Assembly (NCBI GenBank): GCA_963693365.1
Contig: CAVNZM010000003.1
Location: 9,127,019-9,191,018 of the forward strand
From: Amoebidium appalachense
Lineage: Eukaryota > Protista > Ichthyosporea
Length of the DNA stretch: 64,000 nucleotides
Direction: 5' to 3'
The notes beneath the pieces were generated by a model that was given only the letters and a program-made list of their open reading frames with translations, did not search any database and was not told the DNA's origin. Below are positions 12,993 to 29,853 of this stretch, piece after piece (position 1 is the first letter of the stretch; every line of letters starts with the position of its first letter). A program made the translations under genes and the position numbers.

Positions 12993-14363
12993 CTAGCTAA
13001 GGAGTGGAGTGACTTCAGAAGGAACCGCGCCAATAGTTGTCCCCGCGGGAGCAGGCTCATTCTTGTTCGAAACAGCCCAGGCCGAGAAAACCACAGCAGC
13101 AAACAAGACAGCAGAAAAGGACACGTAGACAAGCACATACCAGTACTGTGGGTTAGAGAACACAACTGCAAGAGCATAAACAGTGCTCAGCAGAGCAACA
13201 CGAATGATATGCTGAACGAGGGCAACACCCTGAAGCTGCTCCGGCTGCACTCTGGTCTTGAAAATACTACCAACCGTAAGCGTGAAGATGTATGCACCGA
13301 AATGTGAAAGGATGGCACCCATTAAAAGAAGGGAGAGGCCAAGGTTGCCAGAGAAGAAAGTGGATGCCACACAGAGTGCAAGGCTGAATACCTCAAGCCA
13401 GACGGCAATGACGCCCGAACGGACAACCTGGAAGATGGACTGAAACATGGAGAAGGAAGACTGTGCGGCAAACTCAGTAACAACGGCACAGGCAAAGAAT
13501 ACGGCCACCAAAAAATAGCTGACGCCTTCGAACCTCAGGTATGATGTCAGCACACTACCAAACACCAGGTGTGTCATAGAAATAAACGCACCGGCAACGG
13601 CGGCAAGCGCGGTTTTCTCCTCTGCAAAATAGCTGAACGAGTCGGCCAGGGAAGATACGAGAGCCCGTTCAGGGATAGAAACTGCTTGCTCGGTTAGCCC
13701 GTGCAGTTGGCGGAGGAAGAAGATGCACAGGAGAAACGAAGCCAAGAACATGGACCCGGAAACAATGGACATGGTGAACGGGGAAGTCGCAGAAAGGAGA
13801 ATACCGGCAACGATGGGGGCCAAACCACGCACCCACCAAGTGATTTTGTTCATGTTCACATTGAAAACATCCGTTTCTTCGGCGCTCGTAGCGACAGCAC
13901 TCGACCACTCTTTGGTCAGAAGGTCACGGGCAATAGACTCCCCCACAGCGGCGAACCCCGAGAACACCAGCACCAGAACAAGAAGCGCGATTGAGTCATG
14001 TTTAACCAGGATCGCAAGCAATACCGCCGAGGTTATCACAGATACAGAGGTCACAAATATCGCTGCCGCAGAGCCAAAAAACCTGTTGATGTTTTGCACG
14101 AAAGGAAGCACAACAGGACAAAAGATCCCGGGGGCTGTCACAACGATCAGCCCAAAGATGGCCGGACGAAGAAGGGACGAACTCGATGTGCTAAAAAGAA
14201 CGAGCGCAGCAGAAAAATGCCACATGTGCACGCTCCAACCAAAAAGGCCATACGAGGCATGTAGAAGCCATGTTTTGTTCTCTTTGCCTGTTACCTTGTA
14301 TGTGTCATGCACCTGTGACCCTAGCGGCTGCTCTGGCCTTGACATGTTCTCTGTGTCTGCCAT
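12993..14363 (-). CDS. Ferroportin (SLC40/FPN1)-like MFS transporter, intronless, 456 aa, divergent
   Basis: Long non-repetitive ORF with many hydrophobic helices. Motifs WSVHMWHF (cf. FPN WGDRMWHF), TKEWSSAVA (cf. QRDWIVVVA), NKITWWVRGLAPIVAG (cf. RRIDQLTNILAPMAVG) and MTHLVFGSVLTSY (cf. MTVLGFDCITTGY). Confidence 0.85.
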   Translation of the reverse strand: MADTENMSRPEQPLGSQVHDTYKVTGKENKTWLLHASYGLFGWSVHMWHFSAALVLFSTSSSSLLRPAIFGLIVVTAPGIFCPVVLPFVQNINRFFGSAAAIFVTSVSVITSAVLLAILVKHDSIALLVLVLVFSGFAAVGESIARDLLTKEWSSAVATSAEETDVFNVNMNKITWWVRGLAPIVAGILLSATSPFTMSIVSGSMFLASFLLCIFFLRQLHGLTEQAVSIPERALVSSLADSFSYFAEEKTALAAVAGAFISMTHLVFGSVLTSYLRFEGVSYFLVAVFFACAVVTEFAAQSSFSMFQSIFQVVRSGVIAVWLEVFSLALCVASTFFSGNLGLSLLLMGAILSHFGAYIFTLTVGSIFKTRVQPEQLQGVALVQHIIRVALLSTVYALAVVFSNPQYWYVLVYVSFSAVLFAAVVFSAWAVSNKNEPAPAGTTIGAVPSEVTPLLS

Positions 14364-14501
14364 GCTTGCGAAAACGGGTCCAGGCGATGGTTTATAAACT
14401 CCAAATTAAAAATTTTCTTGTGAAACGCAACAGAACCTATCAAGAGAAATTACAACTTTGTACTCCGAAAATACTGAGCTTTCAAGTTGGTGCGTTGTGT
14501 T

Positions 14502-14543
<42 letters not shown>

Positions 14544-15246
14544 AAGTGGCTCATTTTAATTAACAGCAGATGGCCGTACACGAGACTTTGCAGAGCAGCT
14601 GATTGGCTTCTCAAATAACCGGTGGTTTTGTTGATTGCCGTATGATAAGACTAAACCCTTTAACTTTTCAACATTAGGGTTTTACTTTTTATTAAAGCGT
14701 TTTGAGTGCGTGAGAACAAACTTGATGTCCAGGCCGCTTGGCTGATATTTGTGGCATATTATTGGTTTATCTATCACCGTGGCTCACAGAAGCCAGAGTC
14801 ACGTGCACGCACGTAAGTTGTGGGCTTGGCCATGGCAAGGCGATATATCGGATGTTATGTAATGAAGAAATCATTAGTATAAAGAAATCATTAGTATATC
14901 TGAGAAGTGATGTTATACAGCATGGTTATTTCTATCACAACCGAATTTAGCTACACATGCTTCCTAGCTTGGATAGATGCTTTCAGAATTCCCTCACCTA
15001 AGAAGACTCTGACGCTAGACACACCAAGTTCTCATGCGATAACCTACACCTTTGTATTGAGTCGTATCATTGGTTTTACACATGCTTTTGTGCACTTAAG
15101 TTTGAAGCATTTCAACTAATCGCCGCGTATAGCGTAGGCTGATCGATTTATCAGGATATAACACTGTTTAAATGCGACCCAACAAAAGGAAAGATATACT
15201 CTACTGCTCCTTCCACCGTCGAGGAACACAACCCGCTGCCATATCC

Positions 15247-19775
<4,529 letters not shown>

Positions 19776-20006
19776 AGTCGCATCTTACTTTCTTAATTTC
19801 TTCAACCTGTGCGTCGGAGTTTCTCCAACCTGCACTGATTGAAGCTGTTTTCTTTTACGTTATCGTTTGCATACACGTTTTGAGGTTGCGTGATTTTTGC
19901 TTCTAGACATACACGTGCATGCAATCGAAAGTGTTTTGCATTTTTCACACTGGTTGGCACACTGAAATCGTGCGCACACACGTTGCAATCCATCGACCCT
20001 TCAATA

Positions 20007-20140
20007 TGATATATAGTCACCACCCGACATCTATGTACGTGATCATGATATACCGCTGAGGGGATATTCCGAGCAAAAAACCCCCCCCCATACCTGAGAC
20101 TGGTTCTCTTTGCCTCGAGTAAACAGCGTAAACCCCTTCA
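20007..20140. mobile_element. ~134-bp dispersed element (TG...CA ends), intact copy
   Basis: Near-identical to 32784-32846 joined to 37553-37619. The 12-mer CCCTTCAATATG overlaps both ends (19997-20008 and 20134-20145). Confidence 0.8.
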
Positions 20141-20374
20141 ATATGTACTAATACAAACAACAATAAGTTGATGCAAACACATTGGGTTTTCACGTGCATG
20201 ACTTTCATCTTTCGTCATTTTGTTCGTCTCAGTTTTGCGAATCAACAAGGCAGATTTCTCTACGGATCGTGCATTTAGTGAATAGGCTTGGGTTTTGATT
20301 TCATCCATCACCACCCCCCCCCCCCCCCCCCCCCCCCCGGGGGGGGGGGGGGGGGGGGGGGGGGTGCATACACA

Positions 20375-20419
<45 letters not shown>

Positions 20420-20444
20420 GTGACACACGTGCGCACACACGTGC

Positions 20445-20518
<74 letters not shown>

Positions 20519-22267
20519 TCCTCTCTTGCTCTCCTCTTCTTTTTGCCCACCCAATCCCTAATCATACGATTAGTAGGACCAGCACTGGATGCCGGGATAA
20601 TAAACAAATGCGCTGGGCGCAGCTTATATCCACATGTGCATATCTTAAGGTACATGAAATTTATTTTTATTTTTTTTCTAAAAAAAAAATAATAATAATA
20701 AAAAAAAATAAAAAAAAGCACTTAATTGATCGTTAGCCATACGCCCTTGCCTCTCCGAAGACCTGTGGACTTCAGTGCAGCCGATGAGGGAGGAGAGAGA
20801 GGGAGAGCTCGAGGAAGAGAGGTGCACTGGCCTGTATGAGTCTGTATGTGTTCGTGTGTGTGTGCCCGTGTGTTTGCGGACGGCAGGGGGTACGGGGGGG
20901 GGGGGGGGGGGGGGGATAAGGGGACAGAAGGGGGGAGGGGCGGGGGGCGCAATCCCATATATCCCCCCCCCCCCCCCCCTCCCCCTCTCCTCCCCCCCCC
21001 CCCCCCCCCCCCCCCCTCTCCCCCCCGCCCGGCCACCCACTACCACCACCACCACCACCAAAAAAAAACCCAACTAACGTTACAAATATGTTAACACACA
21101 CGAGTCCAACATGAACGGCACCGCTCTCCACCACGCTCATCCCCAACCCCCACTGTAATAATACTCCAATTAAAAACACGTGTCCCCATATTGAAAACGC
21201 CGTGATCCCCACGCCCACATCAAATCCTGCCATACCATCTGTTGCATTTATGGAGTACACCTTCCAGCGGATGCACATCTAACGGACCCCCCCCCTCCCC
21301 CCCCCCCCCCCCCCCCCCCCCTCCCCCCCCCCTCCCCCCCCTCTTCTTCCTCCCAGCTTCCAGCCTAACCACCACGCACACGCACACACGCACACACGCA
21401 CACACGCACACACGAACGCACAAACACAAGCAGATTATGTAAGGTCAATTTGATATCAAAGTATAACCCCCCCCCCCCCCCCTTTCCCTGAAGTGGTTCA
21501 GTGTAGTGGTTTTTGTCTTTGTCCCATTCAGACCATTCGGAATCCCCTCTCCCTCCCATGGCACTCACGATTCCGCGTTTGCATTAAGAAAGCAAAGCCC
21601 CCCCCCCCCTTCCCTTCCCCCCACCCGCCACTCCCACCCCCGCCCCACTCCCGCTTCCCTCCTTCCTCCCTCCTCCTTAGATGTCACACACACACACACA
21701 CCCACAATTACACCGTGACACACACACACACACACACGCACTGTGCAGGCTCATGTTGCTCGTGTTGGAACTTGCAGCCTCAGCAAACGGGGTACTAAAT
21801 GTGCCCCATTCTCAAACTGCACGATATGATTTTTTTATGAACCCTTGGTAAGGTTTGCAGCATAATAATAAACTCTATCTTGTTTTCTAAGAGAGAACCG
21901 TTGGCAGGCCGGTAAAACACGGTACTGGAGAGCTCATCGAAATGGTGTCGGGTATATTTACTGCACATCAAGTTTGGCTCCCCACAGGGGAACCGTTTCT
22001 CCCACAATGTCAGAACGAACAAACCCCTTCACTGAGAATATCATGATATATACATAGCTCTACCGTGACATCTCTTTCCACTCAACTTCAATATCAGATC
22101 AAAAATCATCCATTTGTGGGACCACCAGAAGAAATCCCCCCCCAAAAAATAAAAATGGAAAGTATGCTGCTTGCCAAAAAAAAAAAAAAAAAAACGGTAC
22201 ATTTTTCATCATTTCCTCGTAGCTCTATGACGTCAAAGAAGATGTACGAGGCCAACCACCAAACACC

Positions 22268-23179
22268 CTAAACCATGTGGGGCGGCTCATCAGCCCCAGC
22301 AGTAGTGGTGGGGTCCATGGTGGTGGTTTGGGGGTTAAACTCAGCCCCAGGAGCCATTGCCTGGCGCTCCTGCTTGGTCAGCACATCCTCCCCCTGACCA
22401 AGCAGCCCGGCAGGCTCCTCCGAAACCCCTCCGAAAGGACCCCCACTCATACCACAGCTTGAAATTTCAGCACCTTGGGGGATGGGGGCCACCACGGGGA
22501 CGGTCTGGTAGCCAACCACGTGCACGGGCACACCAGTGCTGACCCCTCCAGACTCGGGGGCACCATGGTATGTGCCGGTAGCAATGGCTTCTCCGGTGGC
22601 AGGGCCGGGGGTGGTGGTGGCGTAGGGAACGGGGGCGGGGCCATAGGCGGAAGTACCGAGCACACCTGTGGAATTACGCTGTGTTAGTTATTGTGAAGGA
22701 ATATGGGAAAATGGGTATTGAGGGGATCAGAAAATCATACACACTGTCATCATAGTATCATGGGGAGATGGTACAGACGGGATGCTGCTGGGGGGGGGGG
22801 GGGGGGGGGGGGGGGGGGAGGGGGGGGGGGGAGGGGGGGGGGAGGGGGGGGGGGGGGGGGGGAGGGTATGCAGTTGTGGTAAATTTTCCTTGTGTTCATG
22901 TGCCGGAGAAAGGGTACAGGTCGGGGGGAGGGGTGTGGGGGGGGGGGGGGGGGGGGGGGGGTTTCAATACCTGGGCCGCTGGTAGGAGCAGGGGGGGCTT
23001 TTTCAGTGGCAATAGGCCTAGCGTCAGCCTCCTCCTGAGCCTCCCACTCACGGTAGCTGGGCCAGTCGTGACGGGTCGGGTCGGTGCTGAAGACAAGACC
23101 GTACTCGTTCAAGTCCTGCTCGGGGGTCCACTTGTTGAGGTGCGACTGCACGAGGTTGTAGGTCTCTTGCAGCCTGCAT

Positions 23180-23213
<34 letters not shown>

Positions 23214-24292
23214 TTTTTGTTTTTTTTTTTTGGGGGGGGGGGGTGAAGGGAGGGATGGTTGCGCGGGCAAGGCAGAGAGAAGGAAAATGGAAAGAGAGAA
23301 AGGGTTTGGAGAAATGGGGAGGAGATATATTGGGGTTGGATTGGGCTCCGAGAGAAAGAGGAGGAATAATGGGAGGAGGAAAACGGGGGGGGGGGGGGGA
23401 TCTGACGGTTAGAATGGAACTTATGCTGGTATGGTACAATCAAAAGGAACACTCCAAGGATGGGGTCATTGGTTGGGGGGGGCGGGGAGTGCGGGGGGGG
23501 GGGGGGGGGGGGGGGGGGTAGGAAGTACAACTATGGTTATAATGAAGCAGGGGTCAAGGAGGAAGGCCAGAATTCTGCAGGTGGGAAGGGCCCGGGGGGA
23601 GGGGGGGGGGGGGGGGGGGGGGGAGGGTAGCGACACAGGAGGGACTTGAGAAAATTTAGATGGGAACTGAGATATCTTCGATATAAATATAGTTCCGTAT
23701 GATGAGAAACACCAGAATGGCAGTCAAGGTGGATACACATTCATTCGAGGAGTGGAGAGAGAGTACAAAAACGGAAAAGACAGGAAAGAGGGAGATTTCA
23801 GAGGGGACGGGGTCTGAATGTGCATGTGAGAGGAGAGCGTGGCAGACGGAGAGACTGCGAGCGGGAATGGACAGGGGTCAGGTGGGGGAGGACGAGATGA
23901 TTCTTCTTCTTCTTTTTTTTTCCCTTTTTCGTTCTTTCTTTTGGAAGGTGGGGGGGAGATGGTGGGGGAGCGGTGGGTGGGTGGTGGTGGTGGGGGGGGG
24001 GGGGGGTATAGTGAGATGCATACTCGGTGATGTTGCGCTGGCTGGCCATGCTGACGTAGTCCAGATAGTGCAGCAGCACGGTATGGGCATGCTCCACGTA
24101 TGACTCCTGGATCTCCTGCGTGGTCTTGAGCGCTTGCTGTTTGGGGCACCCGGGGGGGGGGGGGGGGGGGGGGGTAAGTGTGCATTTGGGGCACGGGGGG
24201 GGGGGGGGGGGGGGTAAGTGTGCATGTGTGTGGTGTGGTTGTGGTGTGTGGGATGGTGTGTGTGAGGGGGATAGGGGGGGGAAAGGGTTAAA

Positions 24293-24388
<96 letters not shown>

Positions 24389-24508
24389 AGTGCGTGTGTG
24401 TGCGGGCAGGGGGAGGGGGTTAAGTGTGTGCGCGCGGGCAGGGGGAGGGGAATAAGTGTGTGGGTGTTGGGGGGCGAGAGGGGGGGAGGGGGATAAGTTT
24501 GTGCGTGC

Positions 24509-24542
<34 letters not shown>

Positions 24543-25362
24543 GGGAGGGTTGCACTACTGAGAAGGGGTGCCGGGTGGGCGTTTGGTGAGTGTTGGTGAA
24601 GAAAGAGGGGGAGGGGGGGGGTTTTTGTTGTACATGCTCAGAGATTAGGGGATTAGGGGAGGGGTTTTGTTCATGTATGCATACCAAAAATAGGCAAAAA
24701 GAGAAGGGGGGTCTTGAGTTCTTTTTGCATATATCGAGATAACACGGGAGGGGGAGGTTTTATTGCAGTTTTCATACCTGAATGTCGTCGATGTACTTGG
24801 GCTTGTGCTCGTCCACATCCGCAAGCACCCGCATGTACTCAGCCTTGTCTTTCTCCATCTCATCCTCCGCACTGCGCACACGGTCACGCAGCTTGCCAAG
24901 CGTGGTCTGAGGGTGGAGGGGGGAGGGGGGGGGGGGGGGAAGAAAGGGGGAGAGTGAAATCGGGGAAGGGTATAATGCAGGGGGCGGGGAAGGCCCGGGG
25001 GGGGGGGGGGGGGGGTTGGGGACGGGGGGAGGTGGGGAGGAGGGGTGGGGGGAGAAAGGTGTTAGTGAGTGGGGAAGGGGAGGGGCGGGGAGGGGGGCCG
25101 GGGGAGGGGGGTGGGGGGAGGGGGGTGGGGGAGGGGGGGGGGGGGGGGGGGGGAGCTTGTGTAAATATAGTTAATGTATCAACCAGACTATGTGCAGTTG
25201 ATTAAGTGAAAGAGCTGACCGATAGGGCCATGCAAATGTACAAACACGTAAGAAGTGGCCCCGGGAGAGGGGGGGAGGGGGGGGGGGAGGAGGGGAGTAG
25301 GTCGTGTAGAAGTCCGCACTTGCCTTTTCTTCTTCCTCAAAGTTTTATTTCAGTATTCAATG

Positions 25363-25395
<33 letters not shown>

Positions 25396-25408
25396 TTATT
25401 TTTTTTGT

Positions 25409-25454
<46 letters not shown>

Positions 25455-26067
25455 AGGGGGAGGGATGGAGAAAGGGGTTGGCTTCCCAGAAGGATGCCGC
25501 TTGGTTACTAAATTCGTGACCCAACTTATTTTTTCTGTTCTCCGTTTTCCATTTCCTTGTTTTTTCTTTTTTCTGGGGGGGAGGGGACACTTACATGGTC
25601 CACGTCTCCCTTGCGCTCAGCTTCAGCAAGCACGTCACGAGCCTGTGTGTGTGTGTGTGTGGGGAGGGGGGGGAGGGGGGGGAGGGGGAGGGGGGGGGGG
25701 GGGGAGGGAGGGGCGAGGCGGGGAAAGGGTGATGGTGGCGCCGGTGGTGGTGGTGGTTGGGGGGGCGGGGGGGAAGGGGGGGGGGGGGGGGGGGGGTTAA
25801 GCGACGACAATGACTGCGAGTGTGTGGATGCAGATTGCCGTATTGGTTTTTGGAGTTTCGATGCACTTGTGCACGTATCTTTTTGTGCTCTAGCCCCTCC
25901 CAAGGGGGGGGGGGGGGGGGGGGGAGGGGGGGTATGTATGGGTGCGCTTGTGCATGTCTTTGGCAGGTCTAGGGGGGATGTTACACATTGAAGTGAAGGA
26001 GCTTTCTGCATTTGGTTTATTCTGACTTTTATTTTTATTCAGTTATTTTTTATTATTAAATTTTTTT

Positions 26068-26098
<31 letters not shown>

Positions 26099-26157
26099 GG
26101 TAGCGATGGGTAGGAGTGTATGTGTGTGGGCGTGCGCGCATGTGCTTGTATGTGTTT

Positions 26158-26214
<57 letters not shown>

Positions 26215-27792
26215 TAGTACCTTCTGCAGGGCTGAGATTCTGTCGTGGTAGGCTTTTTGCTGCTTCTGGTAGCGGTTCAAAAGCTTGCTCCACGGTGCCT
26301 ATTAGGTTTAAACAAAGCATTATTATTCAGAGTTTACGGAGAAAAGGGGGGCCAAAGGGGGAATTGGATAAGTAATATCCTCCACGGTGCCTATTAGGTT
26401 TAAACAAAGCATTATTATTCAGAGTTTACGGAGAAAAGGGGGGCCAAAGGGGGAATTGGATAAGTAATATCCATTACTTGTATCGACCACTCGAAGATGG
26501 AAAAATTAGTCACGTCGGTTTATTACACACATCAGCAAACGGTCAGTTTTACGCCACCTTGCCTTTTTGTATGGTAAAGCGCATGCACTTGCTTCACGTT
26601 TCTGTTTCTCATGTGCACCGCAGTTCATGCACAAAGGGGGTCTCTACCTAGCTTCGCAGTAGGGGCAACCCCCCAAAAAACCAAAAAATATCCATCTAGT
26701 ACGCACAAAAGGGAAAAATTGAAGGAAGCAAAGCGAGTCAAGAAGAATGAAACGAAGTGCCCAAGCCCGACACACAACAAAAAAAACAATTAGTTTTAGT
26801 GCAAAAAACACGTTTTGTTTCATCTAGCACACACTGCAATTTTCAATGGTAGGGGGGTTCTACCTGGGCAATGTCCAGCAGCTGCTCGACCTTAGCCAGC
26901 TCACGGGGCACATACTTGTAGCCCGTCAGCTGCAGCTTCTTGGTGAACCGGTGGTCCCTCCACTCAACAAGGGACTTGACCTCCTGGGGGGGGAATGGGG
27001 GGGTTAGTTTTTTCATAATATTTCAATGTCCTCAGTGAAGAACAGACAGATCGGATCATCGTGTGTGTGTTTTTGCGTGTGGAAGGTTGGGGGTGGGGGG
27101 GGGGATTGAGGGGGCATGACACCCCTCCAGAATAATGTATATATATATATATATATCGGGGGGGGGGGGGGGGGGGTTTACGAAGAAGAGGGAACGTAAA
27201 GGGAGAACACGGGCGAAAGAAGGGGGAAGGGGGGTGTTTTAGTGAAAAGGGCACTTTAAGCATGGAAAGTGAGGTGCTTGCGGGAGGAAAGGTTGCCCCG
27301 GACGGGGGGGGGGGGGGGGTAAGGGGAGGAGAGGAAAGGGAAGACAAAGGGAAGAAGAGAGCGGGTTCACAGAGGTTCCGGATTCAAAAAAATGGCATAA
27401 GAAAAAATCCCCCTTTTTTTCCAAGGGTTAAGGGACAAGAGTAGGAACGGAAGGGGGGGGGGGGGGGGGGACCAGTGTTGGTAGAGAGGTCAAGGACTTC
27501 CTAAGAAACAGCAGGACACGGGAAGGAGGGGAGAGGGAGAGGGCAGATGAGGGGGGGAGGGGGGAGGGGGGAGAGGAGAGGGAGAGAGAGTATTGAATCC
27601 AAAAATTACCTCTGTGACGTCCTGGTATGCGCTGTAATGCAGCTTTGCAGCCTTCCTGCCCTCCCTGGCTGCAAGCACATAGGCCCTCTTTGCAAACCCA
27701 AAGTCTGCACCGTGTATGTCCTCCCGCCAGGCCTTCTCCCACTTGCGGGCCCAGGAGTCAAGACGGCCTGAGTAGCTGCGCTCAATCTCCGC

Positions 27793-27840
<48 letters not shown>

Positions 27841-28501
27841 GCGCGCGCGCGCGCGCGCATGTGTGGGCGCGCGCGCGCATGTGTGGTGGTGGTGATGGTG
27901 TGTGTTTTTTTTTTTTTTTTTTGGGGGGGGGGGGGGGGGGGAAGAGGGGGTAAGGAAGGGAGATGGGGGGGGGGGGGGGGGGGGGGGGAAAGGAGGGAAG
28001 GAGGGGAGGCTGGGGAAGAGAGGGGGGGGGGGGAGGGAGGGGAGGAAGAAGGATGGAAGGAAATGAAGAGATGAAGATTTGAAGAAGATGGGTGAATGCA
28101 GGTTTCGTATTTTTTTTTATTCTTATTTTTTTTTTTTGGGGGGGGGGGGTCAGAAATTGGAGAAAATGACGTGCAATACGATCCAGGGACTAACAAGTAA
28201 TAAGGTCACCACCAAGATATGCAAATCGGCCAAAAAAACACAGTGCTCTACACAAATATGGCGGTTCAAGCAAAGCAACACCGGGTAAGGGAACGATCAG
28301 TCACTAATTGTAACGGGATATGGAGGCTGAGGGCGAGAGACTGATATTGTGAGGAATGAGCATGAATGCAGGGAGTTGGGGTTGGTTGGTGATTGGGGTA
28401 GAGTTGAGAAGATAGGGAGGGGGGCGCGGGGGGGCGCGCGGGGGGGGAGTATAGGTCTTGTGTAAGAGTTTTTGCGGGTGGGGGGGATGGGGTCGGGGGT
28501 C

Positions 28502-28532
<31 letters not shown>

Positions 28533-29395
28533 GGAGGAGTCATGAGCAACATACCCTCTCGGTGAGCATCTTGTGGTGTTTGTCAACAAGCTCGGCAGTG
28601 TTCTCCATGTGGCGCACCAGGTACTTTTTTTTTTTTTTTTTTTTTTTTTGAGAGAGAGAGAGAGAGAGAGGGGTGTGTGTGTGTGTGTGTGTGTGTGTGA
28701 GGCTAGTATTTATTTTTGTTTTTGTTTTTTATTCGTTTTTGGGACAAGGGAGGGGGATAAGGGAATGACAAGATAGAGCTGACCTTTTTAAAGGAAAAAA
28801 CACGTTTACAGGAATTTGCGTGTGTGCGTGTGTGCTTTGAGGGGGGAAAGTGGGTGTGTGTGTGTGGGGGGGGGGGGGGGGGGGGGGGGGGCATTAAGAA
28901 TTTCAGTTTTCTCCTCATTTTCTGCTTGTTATGCCCGAAGTTTCTCGAGGCAAGAGGAGGGGAAAACAAAACCATGTTTGCCGGGAGCTAGAGATCCGGG
29001 CAAAGGGCAATAGATATATAAAAGAACTGATGAGGATTTTTGACAATCGATACACGAACCACGAATAAAGGGGGATACAAGAGAAACGGAATATGGTGTG
29101 GAAAAAAGATACAAAACATCATAAAAATAAAGTGCAGTAGTGACTCTGGGTTGACAGATGTATTGAACAGCCCTAAATCTTTTCTGTGACAAACAGGAAA
29201 TAAACCAAAGCCATCTGCCGCCTATATACATCTACAGCCACACACACACAAAAACACACACACTGTCTACATTGCCATTTCTCACAACCTCAACTCTAAA
29301 ACCAAAAAAAAACCAAAAAAAAAAAATCATTCTAGTTGGAACAACCCCCTCTCCGCCCCTCCCCCTCTTCCTCCCACCTCCCCCTCCCTCCCCCC

Positions 29396-29448
<53 letters not shown>

Positions 29449-29821
29449 CAAAAACACCACACCCACCAAAAACACACCTTAAACTGGTCCGGGTCCCATA
29501 TGTCGTACTTGGGGATGGTCAGGTCCTCAGTCCACGTGGTCTCCTGCCCCTCAGGCACATACTCCTCCCCCTCACTGGCCTGCATCACCGCCATGGCCTG
29601 CCCAACAACAGGCCCGGCAGACGTGGCACGACCAGTGTGAGAGGTCTCCCCGGCACCTGTGTGTGTGTGTGTGTGTGTTAGTTGGGGGGGAGGGGGGAGA
29701 GAGGGGGGGAGGTGGAGAGGGGGAGGGGGAGGGAGGGGGGTGGGGAAGGGAAGGGGGTGGGGAGGGGGGGATGGAGTGGGGGGCAGGGGGTGTACGTGTG
29801 TGTTTTCGTGTGTGAGTGAAT

Positions 29822-29853
<32 letters not shown>

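Noticed and set aside
13723-14397. 224-aa plus-strand ORF
   Set aside because: Antisense shadow of the ferroportin-like CDS.
20772-21278. Hydrophobic minus-strand ORF as a membrane protein or extra F-BAR gene exon
   Set aside because: No recognisable motif or phase-consistent splice link; it lies downstream of the stop at 22268.
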